In this document: positions 60,810 to 64,000 of the stretch, piece by piece
Layout: each line of letters opens with the position of its first letter
Position numbering within the stretch: position 1 is the first letter of the stretch
Notes under the pieces: model-generated
What the model saw: only the letters and a program-made list of their open reading frames with translations
Told to the model about the DNA's origin: nothing
The model's database searches: none
Made by a program: the position numbers and the translations under genes
Source of the DNA: Squalus acanthias
Lineage: Eukaryota
Assembly (NCBI GenBank): GCA_030390025.1
Contig: JASTWF010000322.1
Coordinates: 310,001 to 374,000 of the forward strand
Length of the DNA stretch: 64,000 nt
Reading direction: 5' to 3'

Positions 60810-61550
60810 CTAACGGCTCTCCTGCCCCGCGTGGGTCCGCTGGTGTTTGAGCCTGGTGGCCAGCTGGCCGAACCTCCGCCCGCACTGGCTGCACTCGAAG
60901 GGCCTCTCTCCGGTGTGGGTGCGGGCGTGGGCGGCCAGCGTGCCGGCCAGGGCGAACCGGCGCCCGCAGTCAGGGCAGGCGTAGGGCCGCTCCCCGCTGT
61001 GTGTGCGGCGGTGCCGCAGCAGATTGGAGAGCTGGCCGAACCGCCGGCCGCACTCGCCGCAGCCGAAGGGCCTCTCATCGGCGTGGGTGCGCTCGTGGGC
61101 GGCCAGCGTGCCGGCCAGGGCGAACCGGCGCCCGCAGTCGGGGCAGGCGTAGGGCCGCTCCCCGCTGTGGGTGCGACGGTGCCGCAGGTAGCTGGTCCTC
61201 TCCACGAACTCCCGGCCGCAGTCGGCGCACTTGTAGGGCCGCTCCCCCGTGTGGGCCCGTCGGTGCCGGAGCAGGTTGAAGCCCTGGGCGAACTCCTTGC
61301 CGCAGTCCTGGCACCGGAAGAGCTTCTCCCCGCTGTGGGTAAGCTGGTGCAGCAGGAGGTTGGTCGACACCTTGAAGTCCTTGCCGCATTGGCCGCACTT
61401 GAAGGGCCTGGGGTCCCGGCCACGGTCGGCCGGGCCGGATCTCCCCGCCGGAGCCTTCCCGCGTCCCGCGCGCCCCGAGCGACTCTCCTCCCCGTCCGTA
61501 GCCCCGGAAGGGGTCGGGGCGGCTGCGACCTGCTCGGGGTCCGATTCCAT
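60810..61550 (-). CDS. Tandem C2H2 zinc-finger protein, 7 fingers (ZNF-C)
   Basis: Seven intact fingers, first ATG at 61550 (MESDPEQ), in-frame candidate splice acceptor at 61607/61606. Confidence 0.9.
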   Translation of the reverse strand: MESDPEQVAAAPTPSGATDGEESRSGRAGRGKAPAGRSGPADRGRDPRPFKCGQCGKDFKVSTNLLLHQLTHSGEKLFRCQDCGKEFAQGFNLLRHRRAHTGERPYKCADCGREFVERTSYLRHRRTHSGERPYACPDCGRRFALAGTLAAHERTHADERPFGCGECGRRFGQLSNLLRHRRTHSGERPYACPDCGRRFALAGTLAAHARTHTGERPFECSQCGRRFGQLATRLKHQRTHAGQESR

Positions 61551-61692
61551 GCTCACTTGTTTCTGGATTTCAATACCGGCAATGTGTGAGGTCAGCCACT
61601 CAGGACCTGAAAGGGATAAAACAGGACACTTTCTAAATGGTGAATAGCTAGAAACAGCGGAGATCGTTCGAACATAAGAAACAGGAGCAGGA

Positions 61693-62005
61693 GGCAACAC
61701 GGTGGCATAGTGGTTAGCAATGTTGCCTCACAGCGCCAGGGACCCGGGTTCGAATCCGGCCTCGGGTGACTGTCTGTGTGGAGTTTGCACATTCTCCCCG
61801 TGTCTGCGTGGGTTTCCTCCGGGTGCTCCGGTTTCCTCCCACAGTCCAAAGATGTGCGGGTTAGGTTGATTTGGCTATGATAAATTGACCCTTAGTGTTC
61901 GGGGGATTAAATACGTGGGGTTACGGGGATAGGGTGGGATATGTGTCGGTGCAGGCTCGATGGGCCGAAATGGCCTCTATCTGCACTGTGGGGATTCTGT
62001 GATTC
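61693..62005 (+). mobile_element. HE1-type V-SINE, head-to-head with ZNF-C
   Basis: A box TGGCATAGTGG, B box GGTTCGAATCC, V-domain GTGTGGAGTTTGCACATTCTCCCCGTGTCTGCGTGGGTTTCCTCCGGGTGCTCCGG. Confidence 0.92.
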
Positions 62006-62106
62006 TGAGTCGGCCATTCGGCCCCTCGAGCCTGCTCTGCCATTCAATGAGATCATAATGAGAAGTCGCACAACACCAGGTTATAGTCCAACAGATTTAT
62101 TTACAA

Positions 62107-62143
62107 TTACAAGCTTTCGGAGCGCTGCTCCTTCGTCAGGTAA
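62107..62143 (-). ncRNA. Minimal hammerhead ribozyme motif
   Basis: UUAC CUGACGA A GGAGC-AGC-GCUCC GAAA GC UU GUAA. Confidence 0.78.
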
Positions 62144-62680
62144 AGGTACAATGAGGGAATCTACAGTATTACACAGTATATAAACACAAAAAGCAATTTG
62201 TCTGCAGAGATACAATCTTTCAGGGAGTCCTTACATCAAAGACACACCAGAGCACAGCCAAGACAATGAGGTGGGGTCACAGGGGGTCCAACGTGTCAAA
62301 TCCTGCCGTCTGCAGTTGAGCTTCTAACCTTTTTTTTTGTGTTTTTTTTATTTTTTAAAAACTGGAAAGACAGACAACGATGTCGAGTCACGTTCTGTAG
62401 CGTGACATAAATTCCCTCATTGTACCTTTACCTGAGGAAGGGGCGACAGCTCCGAAAGCTGGTAATTTTAAATAGATCTGTTGGACTATAACCTGGTGTT
62501 GTGCGACTTCTCATTCAGGTTATAGTCCAACAGTTTTATTTGAAATTACGAGCTTTCGGAGCGCTGCTCCTTCATCAGGTACAGTGAGGGAATACAAATC
62601 GGTTACACAGTATATATAGACAGAACAATGTGTCTGCAGAGATACAATCCGTCAGGGAGGCATTACATCAAGGACACATT

Positions 62681-63445
62681 GGCCCAAAAATTAGACCTAA
62701 TACGCGAGAGTACGCACTGTGTACTCACCCATATTCGGTCCCGAAGTGCCGGTTTCCTGCATGCACTGCGCAAGCGCGGGAAACCGGCACTTCGGGTATT
62801 GCGAAGGGGGCGGTTCCTAAGTGAACCGCGTGCGCGCTACAGGTTGCGCGCACGCAGTGCAGTTAGTTTTTTTTCAGGTTTGAACGCGAGGGTAAGTGTT
62901 GAAGATTTTACACACAAAGAAAGCAGGCGTAAGACCCCCTTTTAACAAGGTAAGTAGTTAATTAAGTATTATTTTAAAATTTTTTCAACAGGTTTATCTT
63001 TTTTAGAGACTTTAAAGAAAGGTAAGTTTATTTTTATAACTTTTAAAAAGAATTAAAACTTTTTCAAAAATTTAAATTTTTGTTTAAAGTGGTTAATTTA
63101 TTTAACTATATCTATTTTATTAATGTGATGGCTTTTTTTTTCCATTTAATTGAGGTTTAGCTGTTCTTTTGGGGGCTTGTTGTATTCATAGCTTTGACAG
63201 CTCTTGCTGTCAAAACTATGAATGAAAGATGGTGTGCTGCCATTGGCTCTAACTGGCCCACGTGATCCCAGAGGTCGCATCGCACTAACTGCGCCTCTGG
63301 GACACGCACACACTGCGCGCCGGTACCAGGGAGAGGCCCAGGAACTGAAGTTCGTGTGGGCCAAAACCATAAAGGCAGGCGCGGAGTGCGATATCGCGGG
63401 GGATCCTTACCCCCGTGGCAAGCCTCCGAGTCAAATTTCTGGGCC
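62681..63445. mobile_element. MITE copy 2
   Basis: TIRs GGCCCAAAAATT / AATTTCTGGGCC; collinear with 24679-25429. Confidence 0.75.
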
Positions 63446-63686
63446 AATGTCTTCCTGACTGACCTGGTTGGATTTGATTGCCGAGATTATCTCTCTGCCG
63501 AGGTGTGATAAAGGGCAGTCAGAAAGATTAACTGTAGTCACCTGGCAGTGTTCTCTGACTATATAGGCTGTGCCCATTTGTATTTCTTCACTTCACCTGA
63601 CAAATAAAGCTGTTGGACTATAACCTGGTGTTGTGCGACTTCTCACTTTTGTCCAACCCCAGTCCAACACTGGCATCTCCGCATCA

Positions 63687-64000
63687 TTGAATATACTCAA
63701 CGACTGAGCCTCCACAGCCCTCTGGGGCAGAGAATTCCAAAGATTCACCGCCCTCTGAGTGAAGAAATTCCTCCTCATCTCAGTCCTAAATGGCCGACCC
63801 CTTATCCTGAGACTGTGACCCCTGGTTCTAGACTCTCCAGCCAGGGGGAAACAGCCTCTCAGCATCTCCCCTGTCAATCCCCCTCAGAATCTTGTATGTT
63901 TCAATGAGATCACCTCTCATTCTTCTAAACTCCAGAGAGTATCAGCCCAATCTACTCAATCTCTCCTCATAGGACAACCCTCACATCCCAGGGATCAATC
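63687..64000 (-). mobile_element. CR1 fragment (runs off the window)
   Basis: FPLAGESRTRGHSLRIRGRPFRTEMRRNFFTQRAVNLWNSLP. Confidence 0.9.

Larger units (their letters stand above)
62057..63686. mobile_element. Composite non-autonomous Penelope-derived cluster with inverted termini
   Basis: Same terminal sequences as 23667-25604; inverted unit at 62059-62515; three hammerhead motifs. Confidence 0.83.

Noticed and set aside
61551..61700. Extended N-terminus of the 296-aa ORF from the track
   Set aside because: Non-ATG start inside SINE/CR1 sequence; the track uses prokaryotic-style starts.
61693..61770. tRNA gene
   Set aside because: The tRNA-like head continues into the V-SINE body, and three copies of the SINE are present in the window.

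Overview
Eukaryotic, vertebrate DNA, most likely from a cartilaginous fish. This is inferred from HE1-type V-SINEs, SacSINE1-type DeuSINEs and shark-like CR1/L2/Penelope families; no database check was possible. Most of the window is nested, fragmented retroelements (CR1, L2, a second CR1-group LINE, RTE, Tx1, Penelope-like elements with hammerhead motifs), plus SINEs, MITEs and four minisatellite families that grew inside TE sequence (43, 76, 88 and 98 bp units). The only convincing host genes are three very GC-rich, minus-strand tandem C2H2 zinc-finger ORFs with 13, 10 and 7 fingers and no visible KRAB or other effector domain. Each has a head-to-head tRNA-derived SINE within about 150 bp of its first ATG and runs into same-strand LINE sequence just after its stop codon. 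Other notable structures are a near-perfect 1.39-kb Penelope palindrome bounded by a target-site duplication, ten minimal hammerhead motifs, and a MITE hairpin whose internal mismatches are reciprocally swapped between two copies. Most ORFs in the supplied track are repeat or antisense artefacts. Repeat boundaries were read by eye and are approximate (about +/-20 bp).
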